From: Parvularculaceae bacterium
GTDB lineage: Bacteria; Pseudomonadota; Alphaproteobacteria; Caulobacterales; Parvularculaceae
Direction: 5' to 3'
Length of the DNA: 54,801 nucleotides
NCBI GenBank assembly: GCA_020446725.1
Contig: JAGRED010000198.1
Span: 1-54,801 of the forward strand
Part shown: positions 37,750-47,203 of the stretch, one piece after another
How the letters are laid out: the number at the start of each line of letters is the position of its first letter
Numbering within the stretch: the first letter of the stretch is position 1
Notes under the pieces: generated by a model
Databases searched by the model: none
What the model saw: only the letters and a program-made list of their open reading frames with translations
Told to the model about the DNA's origin: nothing
Program-made: the position numbers and the translations under genes

Positions 37750-38902
37750 ATCGCGAGGCGGGGCCTGCGTAGTTATAGACCCGCGGCCGTTCATGCGGCC
37801 GCAATTTCGCCCGGCACCAGACATCGATCGATCTCGCGACCGATTCCGACGGGGCGGCGCTCGATCTCAGGGTGATCGTCGCAATGAGCCTCTCTCCGCC
37901 GCCGGCATGGCTCGTAACTTCGACCTCGCAGGCGGCGACATCGGGGTGTTCGGCGATGCGTTGCGCAATCCGGGCCGGAAACACGTTGACGGCGCCGATC
38001 TGCACCGCCCCATCGCGGCGTCCGCCAAGACGAAACCGTCGTTCTCCCTGCCAGAGCATCGCATCCATCGGCACGACGTCGACGGCGAGCCCGGAAGGCG
38101 TTTCGCGCCGCAGATCCTCGCCGCGCCGGCTCCACTGGTCGAACAGCGCGAACGGGTCGCTCGGGGAATCCCGCCAGCCGATGAGGCCGTGTTCGGTGGA
38201 CCCATAGACCTCGCGCTGCGCGCCGAAACCGGCCTTGCGAATATCGGCGGAAAGTTCCGGCGTCATCGGCTCGCCGAAGGCGACGGCCATCGCATTGTCC
38301 GGCGCAAAGACGCCCTGAGAGAGAATGTAGCGCCAGAGGCTTGGCGTCGCGATCAGCGCATCGCCGAAAACGAGCGCTTTCTTCAGCTCTTCAGGCGACA
38401 TCTTGCGCGCATCAATCGACGGAGCCTGGAGAAGGTTCGGCGCGAGCACTCCCAGCACGAAACCGATCAGCCCGTGCGGCGCGACGAAAGACAATATGCG
38501 CCGGCGGCCGTAAAGCAGGTTGGCGACGGCGGCGGCGTCCGCGAAGATCGCGTCGGCGGCGTGAACGGAAGGACGCGCATCGTCCGACGCGGCGGAGAAG
38601 GAAAAATCCGTCAGCCGCTCATCGATGACGGCGGAAACCGCGCGCGCCCAGTCTCCAAACAAGAGCCCTTCCGAAGCGGGCGCGCGATCGAGCCGGCCGA
38701 AGAATGCAAACAGTCGGCGCAGGCAGGCGGCAGCCTCCTTCGCCGACAGGTCGGCCCCGCTCTCGCCGAGCGGCGTTTCGGCCGTCCACCCCGACGCGGT
38801 CAAGGTATCGACATGTCGCGAAAAGCGCCCGCCCAACTCTTCAACCGCCAATGCGGCGGCGATTCCGGAAAGCTGATCGACTGTGAAGGTGAAAGCTTTC
38901 AC
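37748..38902 (-). CDS. 4-coumarate-CoA ligase homolog (PYP-activation type), degenerate motifs
   Basis: ANL motifs EVYGSTE.G.IGWR, GRRDGAVQIGAVNVFP, EHPDV, HERPR; about 385-aa architecture as recalled for PYP-type pCL; GTG start with GGAGA RBS. Confidence 0.75.
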   Translation of the reverse strand: MKAFTFTVDQLSGIAAALAVEELGGRFSRHVDTLTASGWTAETPLGESGADLSAKEAAACLRRLFAFFGRLDRAPASEGLLFGDWARAVSAVIDERLTDFSFSAASDDARPSVHAADAIFADAAAVANLLYGRRRILSFVAPHGLIGFVLGVLAPNLLQAPSIDARKMSPEELKKALVFGDALIATPSLWRYILSQGVFAPDNAMAVAFGEPMTPELSADIRKAGFGAQREVYGSTEHGLIGWRDSPSDPFALFDQWSRRGEDLRRETPSGLAVDVVPMDAMLWQGERRFRLGGRRDGAVQIGAVNVFPARIAQRIAEHPDVAACEVEVTSHAGGGERLIATITLRSSAAPSESVARSIDVWCRAKLRPHERPRVYNYAGPASR

Positions 38903-38915
38903 CGCATTCTCCGGA

Positions 38916-39758
38916 TTATAGCGCCGCGGCCCATTCTTCGGCGAGACGTTTATCGTAAGCGGCGGCGAGGCTGTCGAACGCGGCGTCGCCGCCGCCGTTC
39001 GTCACCCCCTCAATCATGCCTCGGGCGGTTCCGACAATACTGTTCGTCAGCATCAGCGTCGAGCCGGCGAGCCGGTCGGGCGACAATGACGCTTCTTGAA
39101 TGGCGAAGCCGAGCCTATTCGCCTCTTCAAGCACGATACCGCGCACAACGCCCGGCATCGCGCCATCGTCAGGTCGCGGCGTCACGAGACGCGACGGCGT
39201 GAGAAGAAAGATATTCGCCGCGCTCGCGCAGGCGAGATCCCCGCGCTCGTTCAGCATGATCGCTTCATTCGCATCGACTTTCGCCGCCTCAATGCGCGCA
39301 AGCGTATTTTCCGCATAGGCGCCGGCGCATTTGAAAGCATTGAGGGACGAGCCGGAAGAACGTCGCCGAGATGAAACGATGACGCGCATCTCGCGCGGCG
39401 GATCGCTGACCGGCGCCAGGGAGACGACCAATCGCGCCCGCGCGAGCGGCGAGGGCGCAAGGCCGCGCGGACCGCCGGCGTGCGTCGCAGTGATGCGGCA
39501 AACAGCGCGCGCGTTGAGCGAGTTTTCGCGCGCCAACGCAGCGATCGCATCAAGGATCGTTCCGGCTTCGACCGGTGTCTCGATTCCAAACGTGCGCAGA
39601 CCTGTCCGCAAGCGGTTGAGATGGGCGGTAAGGAACGCCGGCCGGCCCGCGTCGACCAGCAGCGTTTCGAACGCCCCTTCGCCAATCAGCCATCCGCGAT
39701 CGTCGGTCGACACCGCGGCATCCGCATCAACCAGATCGCCGTTCCGCCAAACGATCAT
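38916..39758 (-). CDS. pabC: aminotransferase class IV / aminodeoxychorismate lyase
   Basis: DRGWLIGEGAFET, HLNRL, PLP-Lys FK, PGVVR, TNS; operonic with pabA and pabB. Confidence 0.82.
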   Translation of the reverse strand: MIVWRNGDLVDADAAVSTDDRGWLIGEGAFETLLVDAGRPAFLTAHLNRLRTGLRTFGIETPVEAGTILDAIAALARENSLNARAVCRITATHAGGPRGLAPSPLARARLVVSLAPVSDPPREMRVIVSSRRRSSGSSLNAFKCAGAYAENTLARIEAAKVDANEAIMLNERGDLACASAANIFLLTPSRLVTPRPDDGAMPGVVRGIVLEEANRLGFAIQEASLSPDRLAGSTLMLTNSIVGTARGMIEGVTNGGGDAAFDSLAAAYDKRLAEEWAAAL

Positions 39759-40336
39759 GCCGCAACCTTTGCATTAATTTCATGGAGGAAATTCGCGATA
39801 ACGCGCTGTCCATGCGGCGTGAGCAGCGATTCCGGATGGAACTGCACGCCATGCCACGGCGCGGATTGATGCCGGACCGCCATCACCTCCCCCGCTTCGC
39901 TGAAGGCGCACGCGCGGAGCGGACCCGCGCCAGCGAGCGCCGACACAAGGGAATGATAGCGCCCGACAAGCATCGGCGACTGAATGCCGGCGAACACGCC
40001 GCCGCCGTCATGGCGGATCGCGCTTGCTTCGCCGTGAAGCGGTTTCAATGACCGGATCGTGCGGCCGCCGAATGCTTCGACGAGGCATTGATGACCAAGA
40101 CAGACGCCGAGCAAGGGCGTTACGAGCGGCAGGCGCCGAATGAGTTCGAGAGAAACGCCGGCTTCGCCGGGCGTTTTGGGGCCTGGCGATATGATGACCG
40201 CTTGAGGCGCGCGGTCGAGTATCGCTTCAACTTTTTCGGCGTCATTGCGCACCACTTCCGCCTCATAACCCGCCTCGCGAACATAGCGGGCGAGATTGTG
40301 AACGAATGAATCATAATTATCGACGATCAGGATCAT
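39755..40336 (-). CDS. pabA: aminodeoxychorismate synthase component II
   Basis: DNYDSF, SPGP, GVCLGHQ, RYHSL, QFHPES. Confidence 0.9.
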   Translation of the reverse strand: MILIVDNYDSFVHNLARYVREAGYEAEVVRNDAEKVEAILDRAPQAVIISPGPKTPGEAGVSLELIRRLPLVTPLLGVCLGHQCLVEAFGGRTIRSLKPLHGEASAIRHDGGGVFAGIQSPMLVGRYHSLVSALAGAGPLRACAFSEAGEVMAVRHQSAPWHGVQFHPESLLTPHGQRVIANFLHEINAKVAA

Positions 40337-41742
40337 GCGACGCGCCGACCTTCACCGCCGATCGCGGCGAGCCAGGAACGCGCCTTTGTCAGCGTCTCCT
40401 CATATTCCGCCTGCGGATCGCTTCGGAGCGTGACGCCGCCGCCGACCGGAATCGTCATTCCGCCGGCCTCAGCGATGGCGATGCGGATGGCGACTGAAAA
40501 ATCAGCGCCGCCGCGATCGTCGATATAACCTATAGCGCCGCAATAAGGTCCGCGCCCGACGCCCTCGACCTCTGCGATCACTTTCATCGCCTGCACCTTC
40601 GGCGCGCCGGTGATCGAGCCGCAGGGGAACAACGTCTTGAGCGCATCGACCGCCGTAACGTCGCGACGAAGACCGCCGCTGATTCTCGAAACGAGGTGAT
40701 GCACGCCCGCATGGCTGACCGGTTCGCAGATCGCTTCCTCGCGGATGCTGTGATTTGCGCAGATCCGCGACAGGTCATTCCGCATCAGATCTGCGATCAT
40801 GATGTTCTCGGCGCGATCTTTCGGATCGCAGATCAGTTCGGCGAGCAGCCTTTCATCCTCTTCCGCCGTCAGACCGCGCGGGCGCGTTCCCTTGATCGGC
40901 TCGGCGACGATCGAGAATTTATCCCAGCCCTCCGGTTTCACCGCGAAGAACCGTTCAGGCGACAAGGAGAGAATTTGCGCTGCGCCGCATTGGAGATACG
41001 CGGCGTAGGGAGCGCTGCTTGTATTAAGAGCGGCGGCGAAGAGATCAAACGAGTTGTATTCCTTAATCGCCCGCGCGAAAAAGCGTTGAGACAGGTTCGT
41101 CTGAAAGAGTTCGCCGTCGCGGATGCGCTCAATCGTCCCGGCGACTGCGCGCCGATAGTCGTCTGCGGAGGTCAGCGCAACGCCGCCGTTAAATGCGGCC
41201 TCGAAAGACGCGACCGCGGCAGGCCGACGGCCGAGCGAGGCTTCAAGTCTTTCGACAGCCAGGCGAGACCGGCCGAACGCAAACGCCTGCCGGCGTCGCG
41301 CATCAAACGCGATGCATGCGTCATAAGAGCCAAAGAAGAGGTCGGGAAGGCGGTAAGGGGATCGCGGCGCCGTGACGCTCGGCTCGACAAGCGCGCCGCA
41401 TTCATAGCCCGCAAATCCGACAAGCCCGCTGGCGAGCGGCGGCGACGCGGCGATATCCCCTAATAGGCGCCTTGATCGATGAACGTCCTGCAGCGCCGTG
41501 AACGGACAACGGGGATCGCGTTCGCCGTCGACCCATGTCTCACCGTCTTTCCGTTCGACGACGCGTTGCGGGAACGCCGTAATGAACGACCAGCCCGGTT
41601 CGCTCGTGCGGGCGCCTGCATGAAGGAGAACAGCGCCCGCCGCTGACGCGAGCGGCGCGAAAGCGTCGATCGGCGCACGCCACTCTATTTCATGCTGCTC
41701 GAACACGCGCAGGCCCCGCGGCAATCTGGCTAATCCGGTCAA
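40333..41742 (-). CDS. pabB: aminodeoxychorismate synthase component I
   Basis: SPERF, PIKGTRPR, KDRAENIMIADLMRND, PCGSITGAPK. Confidence 0.9.
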   Translation of the reverse strand: MTGLARLPRGLRVFEQHEIEWRAPIDAFAPLASAAGAVLLHAGARTSEPGWSFITAFPQRVVERKDGETWVDGERDPRCPFTALQDVHRSRRLLGDIAASPPLASGLVGFAGYECGALVEPSVTAPRSPYRLPDLFFGSYDACIAFDARRRQAFAFGRSRLAVERLEASLGRRPAAVASFEAAFNGGVALTSADDYRRAVAGTIERIRDGELFQTNLSQRFFARAIKEYNSFDLFAAALNTSSAPYAAYLQCGAAQILSLSPERFFAVKPEGWDKFSIVAEPIKGTRPRGLTAEEDERLLAELICDPKDRAENIMIADLMRNDLSRICANHSIREEAICEPVSHAGVHHLVSRISGGLRRDVTAVDALKTLFPCGSITGAPKVQAMKVIAEVEGVGRGPYCGAIGYIDDRGGADFSVAIRIAIAEAGGMTIPVGGGVTLRSDPQAEYEETLTKARSWLAAIGGEGRRVA

Positions 41743-41887
41743 ATCAGCCTAGGAAACAAGTTGCGCGCACGAGCGCGCAATCCTTGCGCAGGAATGAATA
41801 ATCAGGGCGATTTGTGCGATCAACAGGATTTCTCGCCGCCCGAAAATACGCCAGACAGGCCGCGCGCCGCTACCGGAGACACGATTC

Positions 41888-43045
41888 ATGAGCGGGACTG
41901 ACGACGTGCGAACGCCAAGCGCGACGAAACCCGCCGTCAGCGTCAATCTGACCGGGTCCGCGCAGCTCTTTTACGCGCTTGCGCTGGCGACGCTGATCGG
42001 GGCGATCGCCTATTTCGGCCGCTCGATCTTCATTCCTGTCGTCATCGCCGGCTTTTTGAGCTTCCTCATGTTCACGCTCAAGGAAACGATCCGCCGGGGG
42101 CCGCTTGTCGGCCGGTTCCTGCCGAACTGGCTCTGCTATCTGTTCGCCTTCGCCCTCATCATCTCGATCTTCGTCCTTTTCATCGAAATCATCCGGGAGA
42201 ATGTCGAGACCCTTCTCGAAACGGCGCCGCTTTACGAAGAACGTCTTCGCAAATTCACCCAGGACGGCATCCGGTATCTCGGCGACGCCGGCGCCCTGCC
42301 TGAGGACTTCATCGGCGGCGTCGACCAGTTGCGCTCGACCGCGCTGTCAATGATCAACCCCCTGTTGTCGGAGATCGGATCGGCGGTGCGGTCGCTGACC
42401 AGCAATTCCGTGACGATCTTTCTCTACACCATCTTCATGCTGCTGGAGCGCGGCCGCATTTTCCGGAAGATCAACCTCTTGAGCGCAGATGAAGGAACGC
42501 GCGCCGCCGTCAATGAGACGATCGGCGATATCGCCTCGCTCGTTCGCCAATACATCACCGTGAAGACGGTCACCAATCTCATCACCGCCTCGGTAAGCTA
42601 TCTCATCATGCGGTTTGTCGGCGTCGATTTCGCCGGTTTCTGGGCGCTTCTCATCTTCGCGCTCAATTTCATCCCTATTGTCGGCGCCGTCACGGCGATC
42701 GCATTTCCTGTCATCCTCTCGCTCGTCCAGCCGGAAGGCGGCGGCGTTCAGACGGCCGCGCTCGCGCTCCTCCTGCTCGTCGGCGCAGAACAGGCGATGA
42801 GTTCCGGCATTGAACCGCGCCTTATCGGCCAGAGCCTCAATCTCAGCCCGCTGGTCATCCTCCTTTCTCTTGCTGTTTGGGGAACATTGTGGGGATTCGC
42901 CGGCATGCTTCTCGCGGTGCCGATCACCGTCACCATCATGATCATCCTGACGCAGTTCAATTCAACACGGCCGATCGCCGTCATGCTGTCGGACAGCGGC
43001 GAGATCGCGCCGCTTCGTCATGCGCCAATCGGCGCATCGTCATGA
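41888..43045 (+). CDS. AI-2E family transporter
   Basis: LNFIPIVG, IEPRLIGQSLNLSP, WGFAGMLLAVP. Confidence 0.9.
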   Translation: MSGTDDVRTPSATKPAVSVNLTGSAQLFYALALATLIGAIAYFGRSIFIPVVIAGFLSFLMFTLKETIRRGPLVGRFLPNWLCYLFAFALIISIFVLFIEIIRENVETLLETAPLYEERLRKFTQDGIRYLGDAGALPEDFIGGVDQLRSTALSMINPLLSEIGSAVRSLTSNSVTIFLYTIFMLLERGRIFRKINLLSADEGTRAAVNETIGDIASLVRQYITVKTVTNLITASVSYLIMRFVGVDFAGFWALLIFALNFIPIVGAVTAIAFPVILSLVQPEGGGVQTAALALLLLVGAEQAMSSGIEPRLIGQSLNLSPLVILLSLAVWGTLWGFAGMLLAVPITVTIMIILTQFNSTRPIAVMLSDSGEIAPLRHAPIGASS

Positions 43046-43058
43046 CCATGCTTTGAAT

Positions 43059-43970
43059 TCACCGGCCGGCGGCTTCCATCGCCGCCTTGAAATGTGCGGC
43101 GAGCAATTCGCAATCTTCGCGCCTTCCGGACCCCTTGCGCCAAGCGAGCCCGATCGTGCGCGCCGGCGCGGGCGCTGCGAGCGGCGCGACTTTCAGACCG
43201 GCGTTCGCGGCAAGCCCAGCATCGACGGCCATTTTCGGCAGCAATGTCGAGCCGAGCCCGGCGCGCACCATTTGCGTCAACGTGAATAGGCTTGTCGCGC
43301 CGAATACGCCGGAAATATCGTCCTGCCGCAGCTTGCAGGCATCGAGCGCATGTTCGCGCATGCAGTGGCCGTCTTCGAGCAGCAGCAGATGCGCTTCCTT
43401 GAGGTCCGCCGATTTCACGGACTGGCGCGAAGCGATCGGATCGCTTACGGGCGCCGCATAAAGAAACGGATCTTCGCCAATGGCGATCCAATCGACACCC
43501 GCAAGGTCATAAGGAAAAGCGAGGAGCGCGGCGTCAAGCGTTCCATCCGCCAGACGCTCGGCAAGCGAGGCCGTCAGATCCTCACGCAGAAAGAGTTCGA
43601 GTTTCGGGAATTTCTTCGCGAGACCCGGCGCGGCGCGCGGCAGAAGGAACGGCGCAATGGTTGGAATGACGCCGAGACGAAATGAGCCTTCCAACGGCTC
43701 GCGGTCCGACACCGCACGCGCCATCTCTTCGGTTTCGGCGAGGATCTTCGCCGCGCGCGTAGCAACCTCCTTGCCCGCCGGCGTGAGAGAGAAATGGCGA
43801 GTCGAACGATCGACAAGCTGCCGATCTAGGATCGATTCCAGCTCCTTCACCGCCGATGACAGCGTCGACTGGGAGACGAGGCAATCGCTCGCCGCCTTCG
43901 AGAAGGACTCGCGCCGGACCAAAGCGAGAAAAAACTGAAGCTGGCGGATGGTGGGAAGCGGGGTGGCCAT
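43059..43970 (-). CDS. oxyR: hydrogen peroxide sensor OxyR
   Basis: LysR HTH; GVIPTIAPFLLP; EDGHCMREHALDAC (both redox Cys); divergent from ahpC. Confidence 0.92.
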   Translation of the reverse strand: MATPLPTIRQLQFFLALVRRESFSKAASDCLVSQSTLSSAVKELESILDRQLVDRSTRHFSLTPAGKEVATRAAKILAETEEMARAVSDREPLEGSFRLGVIPTIAPFLLPRAAPGLAKKFPKLELFLREDLTASLAERLADGTLDAALLAFPYDLAGVDWIAIGEDPFLYAAPVSDPIASRQSVKSADLKEAHLLLLEDGHCMREHALDACKLRQDDISGVFGATSLFTLTQMVRAGLGSTLLPKMAVDAGLAANAGLKVAPLAAPAPARTIGLAWRKGSGRREDCELLAAHFKAAMEAAGR

Positions 43971-43977
43971 ATCTTTA

Positions 43978-44014
43978 ATCGGTAAAATTGATGGAAGTAT
44001 TAGATATTATCTAT
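43978..44014. promoter_or_regulatory. OxyR binding site
   Basis: ATCG-N7-TGAT-N7-TTAG-N7-CTAT fits the ATAG-N7-CTAT-N7-ATAG-N7-CTAT spacing. Confidence 0.8.
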
Positions 44015-44107
44015 TTGCTAAATTCGCAAGCCGCCCGTATCCAGCCCCCGCAGGCCGCATCCATCGGGCGCGGCGAGAGAGAAATTCAATAACCAGAGGA
44101 GAAATTC

Positions 44108-44653
44108 ATGCTCGGAGTGGGCGATCGTCTTCCGGACTTCAAAGTCGTCGGCGTCAAGCCGAAATTCAACAGCCATGAGGAGAACGGCCAGTCGGCCTTC
44201 GAGGATCTCACGCAGGAAAGTTTTCCGGGCAAGTGGAAGGTGATCTATTTCTATCCGAAGGATTTCACTTTCGTCTGCCCGACCGAGATCGCCGAATTCG
44301 GCCGTCTGGCAAAAGAATTTGAAGACCGCGACGCGGTCGTGCTCGGCGGTTCGTCGGACAATGAGTTCTGCAAGCTCGCCTGGCGGCGCGATCATCCCGA
44401 TCTGAAGAGCCATCCGGCGTGGCAGTTCGCCGACACCACCGGTTCGCTGATCGACGGGCTCGGCATCCGCTCAGAAGCCGGCGTCGCGCTTCGCGCGACC
44501 TTCATCGTTGATCCGCACAACATCATCCAGCACGTTTACGTCAACAATCTCAGCGTCGGCCGCAACCCGCAGGATACGCTGCGCGTTCTCGACGCTCTGC
44601 AGACGGACGAGCTTTGCCCGTGCAACCGCCCCGTCGGCGGCGACACGCTCTAA
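44108..44653 (+). CDS. ahpC: peroxiredoxin AhpC
   Basis: FYPKDFTFVCPTE; C-terminal LCPCN. Confidence 0.95.
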   Translation: MLGVGDRLPDFKVVGVKPKFNSHEENGQSAFEDLTQESFPGKWKVIYFYPKDFTFVCPTEIAEFGRLAKEFEDRDAVVLGGSSDNEFCKLAWRRDHPDLKSHPAWQFADTTGSLIDGLGIRSEAGVALRATFIVDPHNIIQHVYVNNLSVGRNPQDTLRVLDALQTDELCPCNRPVGGDTL

Positions 44654-44671
44654 AGACCATTCGTCATGACC

Positions 44672-44707
44672 GGGCGCGCCTCGCGCAATGCGGGTCGCGC
44701 CCTTTTT
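44672..44707 (+). terminator. terminator-like hairpin between ahpC and ahpD
   Basis: GGGCGCG...CGCGCCC stem followed by TTTTT. Confidence 0.5.
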
Positions 44708-44730
44708 GCGACTGAACACAGGAGAGAGAA

Positions 44731-45255
44731 ATGACCCTCGACACGCTGCGCGACTCCATCCCCGATTACGCGAAAGACATTCGCCTCAATCTCGGCACGC
44801 TCGCCGCAGAAACCGCGCTTTCAGACCAGCAGAAATACGGAACATTCCTCGCCAGCGCCTATGGCGCGCGCAACCGGGCCGTGATCGACGCCATCGCTCA
44901 GTGGACGGATGACAAGCTGTCGCCGGAAGCGAAAACGGCCGCAAAGGCCGCCGCCGCGATCATGGCGATGAACAACGTTTATTATCGCGCTACGCACCTG
45001 ATGTCGGCGGAGGAATACCGGAAAATGCCGGCGAAACTGCGCATGAATGTCATCGGCGCGCCAGGCGTCGACAAGGTTGATTTTGAACTCTGGGCGCTCG
45101 CCGTATCGGCGATCAACGGCTGCGGCATGTGTCTCGACAGCCATGAAAAGGTCGTTCGCAAGGCCGGCCTTTCGGCCGAACAGGTCCAGACGACGCTTCG
45201 GATTGCAGCGGCGGTCGGCGCCGCGGCTGCGGTGATGGATGCGGAAGCCGCCTGA
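44731..45255 (+). CDS. ahpD: alkyl hydroperoxide reductase AhpD
   Basis: [32 protein letters not shown]. Confidence 0.93.
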   Translation: MTLDTLRDSIPDYAKDIRLNLGTLAAETALSDQQKYGTFLASAYGARNRAVIDAIAQWTDDKLSPEAKTAAKAAAAIMAMNNVYYRATHLMSAEEYRKMPAKLRMNVIGAPGVDKVDFELWALAVSAINGCGMCLDSHEKVVRKAGLSAEQVQTTLRIAAAVGAAAAVMDAEAA

Positions 45256-45263
45256 GCGGGGCG

Positions 45264-46769
45264 CTAAACAGCGACGCCTGCTTCCTTGAGGGCTTCAATA
45301 AGCGGCGCGACATACGGCTCGTAATGGCGCCGCCGGCCGGATGAATCCCGATAGAGCGGGCGGCGCACCTGCCAGTAGCTGGCGGTCTTGACCGTATTCT
45401 TCACCCGGTGGAACGCGAGGCAATCCTCGCTCCATGACAGGTCGAGAAACGCCAGAAGCGCTTCAAGATTCTTTCTCGGCTCAACAACGAAACCGTCATA
45501 GTCGAAATCGAAAATGTCCTTGGGATAAAGCGATTTCCAGTGCGCCATCATGCGGCGATATTCGCCGAAATAATGACCGGCGTCGGCGAGATCGCTCGCA
45601 TAGCCGACAATCCCCTGATCGATATGCTGGAAGTAAACAGAAAGGCAGGTATCGACCGGATCGCGGACCGTGTGCACGATTTTCGCGTCGGGAAAGAGGC
45701 GCTTTATAAGGCCTATCCTTAGAAAATTGTCTGGCCGCTTGTCCGTGACGACGGCGCCTTTGCGCGCCGCATCCGGAAACAGGCGCACAATATCGGCGCG
45801 ATATCGCGCCGCAAGGGCCTGCGCTTTCTCATAATTCAGCGTGCGGATGGATTGCGGATAGGGCGCGAGATCGACATCGGCGATGCGGTTGAGCAAATTG
45901 AGTTCGCCGCCGGCGATCACGTCCGGATGCGCCGCAAGCGCCTGCTCGACCAGCGTCGACCCGGACCGAAACATGCCGCAGATGAAAATCATGCGCGGAG
46001 GAATCGCACCCTTTCGCGTCGCCGGCGCGGCGTCGGAGAATGCGACGATGAGGCTGTCCGCCTCAGCGACAATCCGCCGTCGGTCATACGCGGGGCCAGC
46101 CTTGCGCACATGGCGGTTCGCCTCATGAAACGCATCGATCGCGCGATCATAGGCGCCGAGCGCATCAAAAGACCGGCCGAGCGCATAATTGAGATTGGCG
46201 CGCGTCTCGGCGCCCATCGCCGCCCGGCCCTTCGCGGCCGCTTCGATCGCGCGCAGGAGCGGATCGTCTAGCCGCGCTGGCGGTTGCAGTTGCGCGAGCC
46301 GGGCAAGCGCTTCAAGGCGGATATCCTGATAAGGCGCGGCGAAACCATCCGCAGGCGGCGAAATGGACTGATAGGCTTTGATCGCCTCGTCGCGCTCGCC
46401 TCGTTCCTCGAGCAGATTGCCGAGATTGAGGATCGCAGGCGCAAACGCAGGATTGAGGCGGATCGCCTCGCGAAGCTCCACCTCCGCGTCGGCTTCGCGC
46501 CTTAAATGGTCGGCGCAAATGACAGCCCTATTGAGGTGAACCTCTTCCGGCGCGTCGATCCCGCGCCTCAGAGCCTCGTCATAGGCGCCGAGCGCCTCGT
46601 CGAAACGGCCGAGCCGCCCCAACAGCAACCCCAGGTTGTACAAAATGTCCGGCTGATCGGGGTGATGCGCTAGAACCTCGCGATAGAGAGCGACGGCCTC
46701 GGCGCGACGTCCGGCCATCGCCAGCCCGTCGGCGCGCCTGAGGATTTCCATCGCGTCGGAAGCTTCCAT
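45264..46769 (-). CDS. TPR-repeat sulfotransferase (Sulfotransfer_3/TPST-like)
   Basis: N-terminal TPRs; GMFRSGSTLVEQ (5'-PSB), TDKRP.NF, RDPVDTCLS (3'-PB), TASYWQVR. Confidence 0.88.
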   Translation of the reverse strand: MEASDAMEILRRADGLAMAGRRAEAVALYREVLAHHPDQPDILYNLGLLLGRLGRFDEALGAYDEALRRGIDAPEEVHLNRAVICADHLRREADAEVELREAIRLNPAFAPAILNLGNLLEERGERDEAIKAYQSISPPADGFAAPYQDIRLEALARLAQLQPPARLDDPLLRAIEAAAKGRAAMGAETRANLNYALGRSFDALGAYDRAIDAFHEANRHVRKAGPAYDRRRIVAEADSLIVAFSDAAPATRKGAIPPRMIFICGMFRSGSTLVEQALAAHPDVIAGGELNLLNRIADVDLAPYPQSIRTLNYEKAQALAARYRADIVRLFPDAARKGAVVTDKRPDNFLRIGLIKRLFPDAKIVHTVRDPVDTCLSVYFQHIDQGIVGYASDLADAGHYFGEYRRMMAHWKSLYPKDIFDFDYDGFVVEPRKNLEALLAFLDLSWSEDCLAFHRVKNTVKTASYWQVRRPLYRDSSGRRRHYEPYVAPLIEALKEAGVAV

Positions 46770-46851
46770 TTTCGCTCCGCAGGAAGGTTTAAAGGGCGGT
46801 TTTCGGCCCAGGACCGACCATCTCGATCGACTTGCCTTATAAATCAAATAA

Positions 46852-46864
46852 AATCAATAGCTTA
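46852..46864 (+). promoter_or_regulatory. IHF consensus site
   Basis: AATCAA-TAGC-TTA equals WATCAANNNNTTR, with an upstream A-rich tract. Confidence 0.55.
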
Positions 46865-46903
46865 TATCAAAGCCGCGCCTTTGCCGCCGCGCCATCGTCC
46901 GCC

Positions 46904-46942
46904 GGTCCCTCATCCGGCGCGCGTATCGCCGGATGAGGGACC
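46904..46942. repeat. perfect 16-bp inverted repeat (REP-like hairpin)
   Basis: GGTCCCTCATCCGGCG-cgcgtat-CGCCGGATGAGGGACC, no U-tract. Confidence 0.8.
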
Positions 46943-46989
46943 CGAGGGAGGGCAGATCAGGCCTGCGTTACTCGCCGGACACACGAATT

Positions 46990-47004
46990 TTAACTGTGTT
47001 TTAA
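46990..47004. promoter_or_regulatory. perfect CtrA box upstream of the TBDR
   Basis: TTAA-ctgtgtt-TTAA. Confidence 0.6.
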
Positions 47005-47203
47005 GGCCTGTGGCAGGAATTGCGACATTATCGCAACACCTCAGTCTCGATCCGATAAACCGGTCTCACCTTTCGTTGACGTGTGGCGGCCCGCAAAGTC
47101 AAAGTCCCGGCACGGACGGAGGGGCGGGCAACGTACCGCACGTGCGCCGTAATAAAATGTCGTTCCTCAAGGGGCGGCGAAAATCCAAAACTGGAGGTCT
47201 ACC

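Noticed and set aside
37196-39202. 668-aa plus-strand ORF spanning cpaI, pCL-like and pabC
   Set aside because: Arg-rich shadow that crosses a bidirectional terminator and overlaps three better-supported genes
47011-47023. TGGCA...TTGC as a sigma-54 promoter
   Set aside because: Only 8 nt separate GG and GC; sigma-54 requires 10
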